Origin: Mobula hypostoma | Taxonomy: Eukaryota | Reading direction: 5' to 3' | DNA: 64,000 nucleotides | NCBI RefSeq assembly: GCF_963921235.1 | Contig: NC_086108.1 | Span: 103,976,001-104,040,000, forward strand | Part shown: piece after piece, positions 51,370 to 64,000 of the stretch | How positions within the stretch are numbered: position 1 is the first letter of the stretch | Layout: every line of letters starts with the position of its first letter | Translations under genes and position numbers: made by a program | Notes under the pieces: generated by a model | Told to the model about the DNA's origin: nothing | What the model saw: the letters and a program-made list of their open reading frames with translations, nothing else | Databases searched by the model: none

Positions 51370-51928
51370 ATTATAATCAGTGGCCACATTATTAGTTACA
51401 GGAGTGGAACCTGGTATGGTCTTCTGTTGCTGAAGACTATCCGCTTCAAGGTTCCGCACGTTGTTCACAGATACTCTTCTGCACACCACTGTTACAAGGC
51501 ATGGCTATTTGAGTTACTGTTGCCTTCCTGTCAGCCTGAACCAGTCTGGCCATTCTCCTCTGACTTTTCTCATTAACAAGGCAATTTCTCTCACAGAACT
51601 GCCGCTTACTGGATCTTTTTTTTGATTTTCAAGTCATTCTTTGTAAACTCTAGAGACTGTTAGACTGTTGCGCATGAAAATCCCAGAAGATCAGCAGTTT
51701 CTGGGATACTCAAACCACCCCATCTGGCACCAACAATCATCCACAGTGAAAGTCATTTAGATCACGTTTCTTCCCCATTCAGATCCTTGGTCTGTACAAC
51801 AACTGAACTTCTTGTCCATGTTTGCCTGCTTTGATGCATTGAATTGCTGCCACATGATTGGCTGATTAGATATTTGCATTAATGAACAGATGTACTGGTG
51901 GACCTAATAAAGTGGCCACTGGGTGTAT
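51370..51928. mobile_element. Non-autonomous Tc1-like element (MITE)
   Basis: TIRs cagtggccacattatt / aataaagtggccactg. Confidence 0.7.
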
Positions 51929-52114
51929 GTATCAATTATTTAAATAACAATCATTCTTTGCATTTTAATGTAACTCCCAATCCACTCTCATATCTTATAC
52001 CATCATAGTTAGCTTTGTTTCTCAAAGTAAATGGTATCGATTTTTAGATTATGTTTACTTTGTCCTCATTGTATCTTAACTAAAAGATTATTAATTGAGC
52101 CTATCTGATTGCAC

Positions 52115-52470
52115 ATAATAAGACCATAAGATATAGAGGCAGAATTAGGCTATTTGGCCCATTGAGTCTGTTGCGCTATTTCATCTCCATTTTCCTGCCT
52201 TCTCTCCATATCCCTTCATGCCCTGACTAATCTGTCAACCTTTGTCTTAAATATACCCAACGACTTGGTCTCTACAATCTCCTGTGGCAAGGAGTTCCAC
52301 AGATTCATCATTCTCTGGCTGAAGAAGTTCTTCCTCATCTCTGTTCTAAATGGACATCCCTCTATTCTGAGACTGTGCCCTGGTCTTAGACTCCCCCACC
52401 ATAGGAAACATCCTCTCCACGTCCACTCTATCGAGGCCTTTCAATACTTGATATATTTCAATCAGACCTG
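52115..52470 (-). mobile_element. CR1 3'-end fragment
   Basis: LIEIYQVLKGLDRVDVERMFPMVGESKTR; tail complement ataagaccataagatatag. Confidence 0.75.
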
Positions 52471-53266
52471 AAGCGTGGTGAGAGATGGTGAACAGAAGAG
52501 TGGGGGGAGGAAGGAGGAAGTGTTGGGGTGCCAGCCTTGGGAAAGGTTGACATGATACCAATACTGTGTTGTTTAAAAACATGTCAGGTTCATTCACCTC
52601 TTTCAGGGAAGAAAACCTGCCATTGTTTCTTGATCTGCCTTATATATATGATTCCCAGCTCATTTATATTTGCTCTCCGGTTCAGGGCAATAAAAACGGA
52701 CAGGGAATAAATGCTGGCCCTGGTAGTGATATCTACATACTTCAAATAAAAAAATCAAAAGATGAACACAGTCCTCAGAGATTTGGAGGGCACCTAGAAT
52801 CTCTCCTGGAGAGATCTATGAAATTTACCTGGTTTCTGTGGAAATGGCCTCAACAGGAGTTAAAAACCCTGAAGTCCGACTCCACCACATTGAAGAACAG
52901 GTACTTCACTTCAAATCTTTGGTTCTTGAATGAGCTGGCGAGACCCTAATCAAGTCAGTTTATCAACATTCTAACAATTTTGAACACTTTACACTTGTAA
53001 GGACTTGTAAATACTTCTTATGCGATGCTATGCGTCTGTGATGCTACTGCTGCTAAGTTTTTCACTGCAGACATGTACTTGAACTAATGACAATAGGCAG
53101 TAGACAAACTGCCAGAGGAAGCTGTAGGGGTGAGTAAAATTAGTGTCAGGAAACTTTTGTGAGAGATCAGAATCAGGTTTATTATCAACGGCACATGAAA
53201 TTTGTTAACTTAGAAGAATCAGTTCAATGCAATACATAATAAAATAGGAGAAGGAGAAGAAGAAGA

Positions 53267-53269
53267 AAA

Positions 53270-53300
<31 letters not shown>
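53267..53300. repeat. (AAAT)n microsatellite in a LINE 3' tail
   Basis: About 8 consecutive AAAT units. Confidence 0.85.
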
Positions 53301-53324
53301 ATTCACAGTATATTTATATTGAGT

Positions 53325-55268
53325 ACTTCATACTTTATTGTCGCCAAACAATTGGTACTAGAACGTACAATCATCAGAACTATATTTGATTCTGCGCTTC
53401 ACACTCCCTGATTACAAATATTAAATATTAAAAATACTAAAAATAGTTAAAATTAGTAAATATTAAAAATTTAAATTATAAATCATAAATAGAAAATAGA
53501 AAAATGGGAAGTAAGGTAGTGCAGAAAAACTGAGAGGCAGGTCTGGATATTTGGAGGATACGGCCCAGACCCGGGTCAGGATCCATTCAGCAGTCTTATC
53601 ACAGTTGGAAAGAAGCTGTTCCCAAATCTGGCCGTACGAGTCTTCAGGCTCCTGAACCTTCTCCCGGAGGGAAGAGGGACAAAAAGTCTGTTGGCTGGGT
53701 GGGTCGTGTCCTTGATTATCCTGGCAGCACTGCTCCAACAGCGTGCGGTGTAAAGTGAGTCCATGGACGGAAGATTGGTTTGTGTGATGTGCTGTGCCGT
53801 GTTCACGATCTTCTGCAGCTTCTTCCGGTCTTGGACAAGACAACCTCCATACCAGGTTGTGATGCACTCTAGAAGAATGCTTTCTATGGTGCATCTATAA
53901 AAATTAGTGAGAGTTTTAGGGGACAGGCCACATTTCTTTAGTTTTCTCAGGAAGTAAAGGAGCTGGTGGGCCTTCTTGGCAGTGAACTCTGCTTGGTTGG
54001 ACCAAATCAGGTCATTTGTGATATTGACCCTGAGGAACTTAAAGCTTTTGACCTGTTCCACTTGTGCACCACCGATGTAAATTGGGTCGTGCGGTCCGCT
54101 ACTCCTTCTGAAGTCAACAACCAATTCCTTCGTCTTGCTGACATTGAGGGAAAGGTTATTGTCTTCACACCATGCCACCAGGTTCTTAATTTCCTCTCTG
54201 TACTCAAACTCATCATTACCCGAGATATGGCCTACAATTGTTGTGTCATCAGCAAACTTATATATTGAGTTTGATGGAAACGTGGCTACACAATCATGGG
54301 TGTACAGTGAGTACAGCAGGGGCTGAGTACACAGCCTTGTGGGGCACCGGTGCTCAGAGTGATTGTAGAGGAGAGCTTGTCTCCTATTTTTACAGCCTGG
54401 GTCCTGTCTGTGAGGAAGTTGAAGATCCAGCTGCAGATCTGAGTGCTAAGGCCCAGGTTCCGGAGCTTAGGAATCAGTTTATTTGGAATGATGGTATTAA
54501 AGGCAGAGCTGTAGTCAATGAAAAGGAGCCTTACGTATGCGTCTTTATTCTCCAGATGTTCTAAGGAGGAATGTAGGGCCAGAGAGATGGCATCTGCTGT
54601 TGACCTGTTGCTCCGGTAGGCGAATTGCAAAGCGTCGAGGTTGACTGGTAGGCTGTGGTTGATGTGTGCTATAACCAATCTCTCGAAGCAACTTCATAGT
54701 AATTGATGTCAGATCCACAGGTCGATAGTCACTCAGGAATGCCACCTTGCTCTTCTTTGGCACCAGGATTATTGTTGCCTTCTTAAAACACGAGGGGATC
54801 TCAGACTGAAGCAAGGAGCAGTTGAAGATGTCAGCAAACATGCCAGCTAGCTCGCTTGCACAGGCCTGGAGAACCCATCCCAGCACGCCATCTGGGCCCG
54901 TCGCCTTCCTTGGATTTATCCTCAGGAAGGCCCTTCTAATGTCCTCCTTGGTGATGATGAATCTCGATGCCACCAGGTCCGGTTCATCCGGAGGGAGCAG
55001 GACGCTCCTCTTCTGTTCGAATCTTGCATAGAATATGTTAAGTTCGTCAGGAAGAGAAGCGCCACAGTTATTGATATTCCCAGCCTTTTCTTTGCACCCA
55101 GTGATCTCATTTAGACCCTGCCATAGTCTACTGGCATTCCTTTGGTTAGCCTGGGCTTCCAACTTGGCTCGATATTGCCTCTTGGCGCCCTTAATGGCTT
55201 TCCGGAGTTCATGCCTGGATTCCTTGTAGCGACTGGTATCCCCGGACCTAAGAGCAGCAGCTCTAGCC
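53325..55268 (-). mobile_element. Rex1/Babar-type LINE (RT, relatively intact), nested in the tail of another Rex-type LINE
   Basis: ORFs 54545-55162, 54286-54678, 53576-54178: [44 protein letters not shown]. Confidence 0.88.
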
Positions 55269-56864
55269 TAATATATAGATAAAAATAATAGATAGAATTG
55301 AATTGTTTTATCTAATAGAATAGATAAAAATCGTGCAAAACCCAGAAATAATTGTATATTAAAAAAGTGAGGTAGTGTTCATGGCTTCAATGTCCATTTA
55401 GGAATTGGCTGGCAGAGGGGAAGAAGCTGTTCCTGAATCACTGAGTGTGTGCCTCCAGGCTTCTGTACCTCCTATCTGAATGGTAATGGTGAGAAAAGGG
55501 CATGCCCTGGGTGCTGGAGGTCCTTAATAATGGACACTGCCTTTCTGAGACACTGCTCCTTGAAGGTGTCCTGGGTACTTTGTAGGCTGGTTCCCAAGAT
55601 GGAGCCAACTTAATTTAGAACCCTCTGCAGCTTCTTTCGGACCTGTGCAGTAGCCCCTCCATACCAGACGGTGAAGCAGCCTGTCAGAATGCTCTCCATG
55701 GTACATCTATAGAAGTTTTTGAGTGTATTTCTTGACATACCAAATCTCTTCAAACTCCTAATAAAGTATAGCCTTCTTTATAACTACATTCATATGTTGG
55801 GACTAGGTTAGATCCTCAGAGATTTTGACACCCAGGAACTTGAAGCTGCTCACTCTCTCCACTTCTGATCCCTCTATGAGGATTTCTGTGTGATCCTTCA
55901 TCTCTCCCTTCCTGAAGTCCACAATCAGTTCTTTTGTCTTACTGATGTTGAGTACAAGGTTGTTGCTGTGACACCACTCCACTAGTTGGCATATACCACT
56001 CCTATACACCCTCTCATCTCCATCTGAGATTCTACCAATAATGGTTGTATCATCAGCAAATTTATAGATGGTATTTGAGCTATGCCTAGCCACACAGTCA
56101 TGGGTATAGAGGGAGTAGAGCAGTGGGCTAAGCACACACCCCTGAGGTGCACCAGTGTTGATCGTCAGCGAGGAGGAGATGTTATCACCAATCTGCACAG
56201 ATTGTGGTCTTCCAGTTAGGAAGTCGAGGATCCAATTGCAGAAGGAGATACAGAGGCCCAGGTTCTGTAACTTCTCAATCAGGATTGTGGGAATGATGGT
56301 GTAATACGCTGAGCTATAGTCGATGAGCAGCATCCTGACATAGGTGTTTGTATTGTCCAGTTGGTCTAAGGAAAGGTAAAGAGCCATTGAGATTGCATCT
56401 GCTGTTGACCTATTGTGGCCATAGGCAAACTGCAGTGGGTCCAGGTCCTTGCTGAGGCAGGAGTTCTTCTCAAAGCATTTAATCACTGTCGATATGAGTG
56501 CTACTGGGCAACAGTCATTAAGGCAGGTCACATTATTCTTCTTAGGCACTGGTATAATTGTTGCCTTTTTGAAGCAAGTGGGAACTTCCACCCATAGCAG
56601 TGAGAGGTTGAAAATGTACTTGAATATTCCCGCCAGTCGGTTGGGACAAGTTTTCAGATAGCCTTACTAGGTACTTCATTGGGACCTTCTGCCTTGTGAG
56701 GGTTCACCCTCTTTAAAGACAACCTAACATCTGCCTCTGAGACAGAGATCACAGGGTCACTGGTCAGCGTTGATCCTGGGTTCAAATCCTGGATGAGTCC
56801 CCAAAAATTAAAAAAAAGACAAAAGAAGGAAAAAAAAAGTTGTTTACCCAGGGTAGGTCGTCAA

Positions 56865-57350
56865 GTCAAGTTTATTGTCATTTAACTATATACATATATA
56901 AAAAGTATATAACCATAAAATGTATATTGAAATGAGACAAAGTTTCTCCAAATCAGGGTGTAAAGCACAGCAGTACACATAACACAAATAACACACGATA
57001 ACTTATGAAGGTAAGGATAAAATCTACAGATAAAACACACATAAATAACAACCTAAAATGCATTAATATTGTAAGCTCCGACACAGATTAACCAACAACA
57101 CCGTTCTTGTTTTTATGCATCGGAGTCTCCTGCCTGATGGTAGAAAGTCAGAGGATGCTGGAAGGATGGGTGGGATCTTTAATAATACTAAGGGCCCTGC
57201 GTACACAGTGCTCCTGATAAATGTCCCCAACGAATGGCAGGGTGACACCTATGATCCTCTCAGCTGTTCTCACAGTCCTTAGTAGGGACTTTGGGTCCGA
57301 AGCTCAACTGTTCCCATACCATGTGGAGATGCAACTTGTCAGGATGCTCC
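56865..57350 (-). mobile_element. Rex-type LINE 3' fragment
   Basis: LPSGRRLRCIKTRT motif; tail complement tcaagtcaagtttattgtc. Confidence 0.6.
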
Positions 57351-57364
57351 TGTAAAATGCAATT

Positions 57365-58085
57365 AAGGGAGACTAAGGGGACATAGATTTAAGGTGAGAA
57401 GGGAAAAATTTAAAAGGGACTTGAGGGACAACTTTTTCACACGGCGCATGGTGGGCTTATGAAAGAAACTTCCAGAGGAAGTGGTAGAAGCAAGTACAAT
57501 TACAGTCTTTAACATACAATACATTTAGACAAGTATAGTACTGTGCAAAAGTCTTAGGCACCCGAGATTTTTTATATGGTTTCAGATTTTAAAAAGGCCC
57601 ATAGAGCCCTGATCTCAGCATCATCGAGGTTGTGTAGGATTATCTGGAGAGACAGAAGCAAGCAAGACAGTCATAGTCTGCAGAACTGTGGCAAATTCTC
57701 CAAGCTACTTGGAACAACCTACCAGCTGGTTTTCTTATAAAACTGCACAACAGTGTACTTAAGAGAATTAATGCAGTTTTAAGGACAAAGGGTGGTCACA
57801 ATAAATAGTAATTTGATTTAGTTTTTTACTGTTTACTGCTCTTCATAGTAATTTTTAAAAAATATTTTGAGACTTTTAATTTCATTATTTTGAAAGCATC
57901 TTTGCTTTACAGATTTTTGAAACTGTGGCTAAGACTTTTGCACATATTGTACGAAGATAGAGAAGGCCTAGAACGATATAGCCCAAGGACAGGTAAATGG
58001 GAACATCAGCGGTAGATAAATGGTTAGCATAGACCAGCTGGGCCGAATGGCCTGATTGTGCTGTTTAACTCTGGCTCTATGAAGT
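57365..58085 (+). mobile_element. CR1 3' fragment interrupted by a Tc1-derived MITE
   Basis: actaaggggacatagatttaagg..ttttcacac; host resumes after 57951 with the CR1 tail. Confidence 0.7.
57536..57949 (+). mobile_element. Tc1-derived MITE with a transposase C-terminal remnant
   Basis: TIRs tagtactgtgcaaaagtcttag / ctaagacttttgcacatattg flanked by TA; SPDLSIIE-like remnant. Confidence 0.75.
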
Positions 58086-58959
58086 TTAAATCACTGCTGT
58101 CTGCTGCAACTGTAGTCATCTGACTCGAGTCTGCTGTCTTAAGGTCCACTAATTACATCTCCTAGGGTTTGTGAAGTGAAGTTAACTAATTAGCACTGCC
58201 CCTTTTATTTAAGCGCAGAGCATACAATTGTTAATTAGCTATAGCAAAGCAAGAAATTTTCAAGGATTCTGGAAAGAGAAATTGTCAGCATTCAGAATGT
58301 CGACCTCCCTTTGATTCAGAGATCATTTTGCATACAGCTGCAAACTCCATTGTGTTGATTAGAATCGAGCTGTCCCTAATGAAAATTCAACAAATGGTCT
58401 CATGTTGTTTACATTGCTCAGATTTCAGACACAGATCTTGTGTATATAAATCACTGAAAAGTTCTGCAACGCCAAATTATAAAAGGCAAACTGTAATTTT
58501 GTTTTGGTCCTTATAGAACTTGGGGCATGAGCTAATGTACTTACACCACCAGGTTCAGGAACCACTATTACCCCTCAACATTCAGGCTCTTGAACCAGAG
58601 GGGATAACTTCACTCAGTTTCACTCACCCCATCATCACTGAACTGTTCCCATAACTTATGGACTCACTTTCAGGGACTCTTCATCTCACGTTCTCAACAT
58701 TTTATGCTTTTTTTTTGTATTTTTGCAGTTCGTTGTTTATTGCACACTGGTTACCCGCTCTATTGATGTGGTCTTACATTGATTCTTTTATGGCTATTCG
58801 ATTTATTGAGTATGCCCACAAGAAAATGAATCTCCAGGTTGCATATGTATATGTACTTTGATTAAAAATATACTTTGAACGTTAGAATGTTAGAACGTTA
58901 TGGATCCCAAAGAAATATTTTGACAGATAATGTTTGGCAGTTAAGTGACCCTCTTTGTC

Positions 58960-59385
58960 TAGTCATATTCATAGTCATAGTCATACTTTATTGATCCCGG
59001 GGGAAATTGGTTTTCGTTACAGTTGCACCATAAATAGAACCATAAATAGTTAAATAGTAATATGTAAATTATGCCAGTAAATTATGAAATAAGTCCAGGA
59101 CCAGCCTATTGGCTCAGGGTGTCTGACCCTCCAAGGGAGGAGTTGTAAAGTTTGATGGCCACAGGCAGGAATGACTTCCTATGATGCTCTGTGTTGCATC
59201 TCGGAGGAATGAGTCTCCGGCTGAATGTACTCCTGTGCCCACCCAGTACATTATGTAGTGGGTGGGAGACATTATCCAAGATGGCATGCAACTTAGACAG
59301 CATCCTCTTTTCAGACACCACCGTCAGAGAGTCCAGTTCCATCCCCACAACATCACTGGCCTTACGAATGAGTTTGTTGATTCTG
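58960..59385 (-). mobile_element. Rex-type LINE 3' end with a (tagtca)n-type tail
   Basis: RINKLIRKASDVVG..SHPLH..RKSFLPVAIKLYN. Confidence 0.75.
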
Positions 59386-59589
59386 AGGGTGGAGTTGGAC
59401 TGGTGACATTTATCTCTCCAATGATGATATATGTGCTTGGAGCTTCTGGTAGGGTGGCTCAGGGTCTCCAGTGCGCTAAACTGCAACTTAGATCATCAAA
59501 TCAATATCACTTTTCATCTTTTAATTATAACATACTTCTTTCAGAATGTATTGAAACTTCTATGTCTCCAGCAACCACTTGAACTTGTT

Positions 59590-60095
59590 TGTGAAACCAC
59601 ACTTGGAGTATTTTGTACAGTTTTGGTTGCCCTGTTATAGAAATTATGAGGGTGCTGCCAGGTCTCGAGGGCCTGAGTTAAAAGGAGAGGTTGAGTGGTC
59701 TTGGACTTTGTTGGAGCATAGGCCATTGAGGATTGAACTTATCAAGGTGTATAAAATCATGAATGGCATGGACAGGGTGAATGCCTATAGTTTGCTTCCT
59801 AGAGAAAGGGAACTAAGAACTCGGGGCAATGGGTTTAAAGTGAGAGAAAGATTTAAAGGGGACCTGAGAGGCAACTTCTTCACACAGAGAGTGGAACGCG
59901 TATGGAATAAGCTGAAAGAATGGGTTTGAGGTAGGTATAATAACAATACTCAAAAGCTATGTTGATAGGTACAGGATTCTGGATAGGAGGGGTTGAGAGG
60001 AATGGAGAAAATGGGATCAGCTTGGTTGATACTGTAGGCGGTGTGAACAAATTGAGCTGAAGGATCTATTTCCATCCCATGTCGCTCTGTGATCC
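59590..60095 (+). mobile_element. CR1 3' fragment
   Basis: VKPHLEYFVQFW..RGNFFTQRVERVWNKL. Confidence 0.75.
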
Positions 60096-60574
60096 TACTT
60101 ATAAAATTTGCTGACAAGTGGAAAAGGTTACTGTAGAACAGGTATTTGAGGATGACTGATGCTTGTGCAATTGTAATTAAACAAGCAGTGATTCATTTCG
60201 AGGTAGGTGGCAAGGGCGAACTGACGTTTAAAGTTTTCCCTTCTACTTTTGTCTACCCTTTACTGTTAATTTTCACTTGTTTCAAATCCCCTTTTCCTAT
60301 TCATCAATTTTGTCGACAGAGTCACTTTTTTTTGTCAAAGCACAGATCATGTGCCTTTCCATGTGATCGGCAGGGTACCGTTTACATTCTATTCAATGAA
60401 TGACATGGTGACAAAATCCCTGGAAACTGCAGCACTGAGAAAAGATGATTCACAAACAATGATGAAAAGGCAAGTTTTTGTTTCCTTAATTTTAAAAAGA
60501 TAGGGAGTCACTGAGGTGAATAGACTTTCTTTTAGAAATTATGGAGAATCAAAAGATGGGGGCGGGAAAGAGTC

Positions 60575-62110
60575 ACAGAGCACTACAGCACAGAAAGAGG
60601 CTCTTCACGCTATCTAGTCCATGTCGGACTGCTGTTTTGCCTAGTCCCATCAATCTGTACCTGGACCACACTCCTATCAATGTACTTATCCAGACTTTTC
60701 TGGAATGTTGCAATTGAACCCACATCCATCACTTCTGCTGGCAGCTCTTTCCACACCTGCACCAGTCTCTGAATGAAGAAGCTCCTCCTCACTTACTTAT
60801 TTCCATTGTGCTGCTGGCATTTGGGGCCACAATGAAGGACCTCCATCTCTGGCGGCGTTCAGGGCTTCCTTCATCATATCAGTAGCTTCCTCTCGGGTTT
60901 CACTACTGTATGACTACAAATCCCAGCTGGAGACTCAGGAATATCATCACACTGTTGTAGAACCTTGAAATGTGGGGTCTTCAGGCTTCTGTACCTGATG
61001 GCAACACCGAGAGGAGGGCATGGTCCAGACGGTGGAGGTGCCTGAGGATGGATTTTCTCTTCCTGAGCCATAGTTCTTTTTTTCTCTTTCAAACATTCTA
61101 TCTGGTTTGCTCCCTATCGTATCACAACTGGGTTAACAAAGTGTTTCTTTTCCAGGCAGGGAGAACTAAAAAGCAGGGGGCATAGCTTTAATTTGATAAG
61201 TGAAATATTTAAAAAGAGACCTGTGGGGTAACTTCTTCACATAGATGATAGAACGAGCTGCCAGAAGTGGTTGAGGAAGGTACAGTAACATTCAAAAGAC
61301 ATTTAGATAAACACAATACTGTACAAAATCTTAGGTACGTATATATAGCTCAGGTATTTGGACAAATACTGTATTTGTCAATGTGGAGTGGAGAGTGAGT
61401 TTGTAAATCTGGCGGGAGCAAAGGATGTTGGGACTGGCGGGGGTGGAGTGTCATGGAAGTGGTGTGGGACAGGTGGCAAAGGATGAGTGCCTGGGGTGGG
61501 GGCTGTGAAATGGGGACACCTCCTTTTCTCTTATTAGGGAGAGAGAGAGAGAGCCTGTGGTATGTTGAATACCAGGTGAACGAGTAATCTTTGGGGCACT
61601 GCAAGTCCGTGTCTTTGTTGATGCTTTGCTGCACGCTTGAGTGCTCGGTGGGGGTGCCAATGCTTTTTTGCTGGTGGGGGTGGGGTCATTGCTTTGCTGC
61701 TGCTTATGTGTGGGAGGGGGGAGCTGGGGGGGGCTTTGGGGTTCTAACATTTAACTGTCATTCATTCTTGGGGCACTCCTCTGTTTTTGTGGATGTTTGC
61801 GAAGAAAAAGAATTTTAGGATGTATATTGTGTACATTTCTCTGACATTACATTGAAACTGTTTTTCCCAGAGAGTGGTGAATCTGTGGAATTCTCTGCCC
61901 AGGGAAACAGTTGAGGCTTCTTCACCAAATATATTTAAGATACAGTTAGATAGATCTTTATATAGTAGGGGAATTAAGGGTTATAGGGAAAACGCAGGTA
62001 GATGGAGCTGAGTTTACGGACAGATCAGCCATGATCCTATTGAATGGCGGGGCAGGCTCGATGGGCTGGATGGCCTACTCCTGCTCCGATTTCTTATGTT
62101 CTTATGAACC
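60575..62110. mobile_element. Cluster of short CR1/Rex 3' fragments (60575-60790 minus; 61130-61310 plus; 61860-62105 plus) and other repeat tails
   Basis: RRSFFIQRLVQVWKELP; agagagtggtgaatctgtggaattctctgcc..ttcttatgttcttatg. Confidence 0.65.
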
Positions 62111-62169
62111 TATTGACATGGTGACAATCCGGGTTCAGATTAATATATTATTATATGCACCAGAGTGTT

Positions 62170-62415
62170 ATGTAGTGACAGCTAGTGGTTAGCACACGCT
62201 TTACAGTACAGCCGACCCGGGTCGCTGCATGTAAGGAGTTTGTATGTTCTCCCCGTGACCGCGTGGGTTTCCTCAGGGGTGCTCTGTTTTTTTTACCGAC
62301 AGTCCAAAGATGTACAGGTTGGTTGGTTAATTGGTCCCATGATTAAACTCAGACTAAAATCAGCGGATTGCTGGGCTGGGCGGCGTGGCCATTCCGCGCT
62401 GCATCTCAATACATA
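62170..62415 (+). mobile_element. V-SINE/HE1-like tRNA-derived SINE
   Basis: Head tagtggttagcac; V-domain ggagtttgtatgttctccccgtgaccgcgtgggtttcctc; A-rich end. Confidence 0.7.
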
Positions 62416-62699
62416 AAAAATTCCGCAGTCGCACGAAGAAACGGACAATTGCTTCAGAACCCTGACCGCAAGGACCAAAAAATGTTGTGTGATCACCCTT
62501 GCTTCTGAGAGACTGTATGCACTGTCCCGACAACAACACGATGGCTGCATTTCCAGGACACCCTCGGTTTGCCAAAGGCGCCAATTAAATTCGAGGCTCG
62601 CTCGGGTGCCTCCTCGTTCAAATTCAAGATAAATTTGACCTTTCCAGGCGCTACCGTTCCTTTTTAGGAGAAAGGCGACCAGGAGGAATGTTAAAAAGT

Positions 62700-62805
62700 T
62701 TGCGTCAGTGTTGTTTGGGTACATGGGAAATGACGTTTGTGGATGTTCTGGAAAGAGCCAGATTTTTTTCCCCAGGAGCCGGGCGGAATGAGTTTTATAT
62801 AAAGG
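62700..62805 (+). promoter_or_regulatory. DNAJB4 proximal promoter: CRE-like TGACGT (62731-62736), HSE-like tGGAt-gTTCt-gGAAa (62740-62754), GC box (62781-62786), TATA box TATATAAA (62796-62803)
   Basis: Motifs read directly, about 175-280 bp upstream of the ATG. Confidence 0.7.
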
Positions 62806-62977
62806 CAGTTGCAGGCAGGGCAGGGTGAGTGAGTGAGTGAGTGAGCAAGCAAGCAGCATCAGAAGCTTATCAGCTCAACGTTGTGTGGCTGTCAGGAGTG
62901 TATCAGGTAATTAACCTACAGGGCCAGTTCGGAGCCTTTGCCTGCTTTGAAGGGAGACCGCAGCCTTTCTGCGTACG

Positions 62978-63188
62978 ATGGGCAAAGATTATTACAGTAT
63001 TCTGGGGTTGCAGAGAGGAGCTTCCGACGATGAGATCAAGAAGGCTTACCGCAAGCAAGCACTGAAATGGCACCCGGATAAGAATAAGTCGCTCAACGCG
63101 GAGGACAGGTTCAAAGAGGTAGCAGAAGCCTACGAGGTGTTGAGCGACCCCAAGAAGAGGGAAATCTACGATCAGTTCGGAGAGGAAG
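62978..63188 (+). CDS. DNAJB4: DnaJ (Hsp40) subfamily B member 4, coding exon 1 (J-domain); the rest of the gene lies beyond the window
   Basis: [10 protein letters not shown]...[18 protein letters not shown]...[26 protein letters not shown] with the HPD motif; donor AAG|gtaaga; residues match DNAJB4 better than DNAJB1; divergent from FUBP1. Confidence 0.92.
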
Positions 63189-64000
63189 GTAAGAGGGGAT
63201 GAAGCAGGGATTTGGAGACCCGAGACGACCAGAGATTACAGCATAGGGCGGAATTCGATATGCCATTGCTGCAGTCGCCGATTTATTTAAGGGGAATGCA
63301 TGCGGACAATATTTAGTGACAGTCCACGTTTTTTTCCTTTATCAACAGTGATATGATGTCATTCTTTAAACCGCTCGTTGTTCCCGCAGTCCGGGGTTTT
63401 TAGGTTATTCGCCCGTTCCATCTATAACCTTCTGCCCAATGTTACGGGTTTTGAAGTGATTGTGATGATGCGCCTATTTAAAGTAAAACGCTCTGACTTG
63501 CGCAAAGTTCAAGAAACACATCGGTGCAAACGGCGATATGGGATTTTGGTTGTTTCCGAGTGTAGGAATGGCAGTGGGTCATTAAACTCTTGGTTTTGTG
63601 CTGCATTCCATTACATCATGGCTCAACCTCGCTTCCACTCCCAAGCACCAATCGCCGTATCACCCCTGCCTCTGCAGCTGGGCAACCACGACTAGACAGT
63701 CCCTGTAGTCACGGGGCATTCCTCAACCGCTTTTGAATTAGAGAGGGCCACTGTGTCTCATACCTCAGCAAAAAAAATGGCCTGTGGACACGTTCAAACT
63801 ATTGCCAACTCACCCCCATTTACTGTGCTACCTGGTGAGGTTGAACTTGTTAACACCATGGTGCCCTTAAGTAATTTTCCAAAGTGCTTTTGGTAACCAG
63901 TTACACACAAAATGATAGACGAACCCAACAGGTCAGGCAGCATCTACGTTTTGGTCTGAGACCCTTCATCATGATTGAAAAGGAAGGGGGAAGAAGCCAG

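Larger units (their letters stand above)
53165..56760 (-). mobile_element. Rex1/Babar-type LINE (RT ORF 55803-56591); its 3' tail at 53165-53325 is separated by the nested element
   Basis: [39 protein letters not shown]. Confidence 0.85.

Noticed and set aside
62293..62859. 188-aa minus-strand ORF upstream of DNAJB4
   Set aside because: Spans the promoter, a (GAGT)n repeat and a SINE; no recognisable domain.

Overview
Eukaryotic genomic DNA, most likely a cartilaginous fish (shark or ray), inferred from HE1/V-SINE-type, CR1, Rex/Babar and Penelope-like repeats. The window holds the complete FUBP1 gene (far-upstream-element binding protein 1) on the minus strand. I assembled 21 coding exons by hand, all with GT-AG junctions and consistent phases: ATG at 45653, stop at 17233, 725 aa, with four KH domains and four Tyr-rich repeats. 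About 17 kb further on, and divergently oriented, is coding exon 1 (J-domain) of DNAJB4 on the plus strand, with a TATA box and an HSE-like promoter element. The window start, several large FUBP1 introns and the intergenic spacer are packed with degenerate, often nested LINEs, Tc1/mariner and hAT elements. The most interesting signal is the post-transcriptional architecture of FUBP1. An ~11 kb, almost repeat-free region downstream of the canonical stop contains a series of candidate alternative terminal or cassette exons, some resembling mammalian FUBP1 isoform tails as I recall them. Intron 4 also carries a candidate frameshifting poison exon. No prokaryote-type system (CRISPR etc.) is present.
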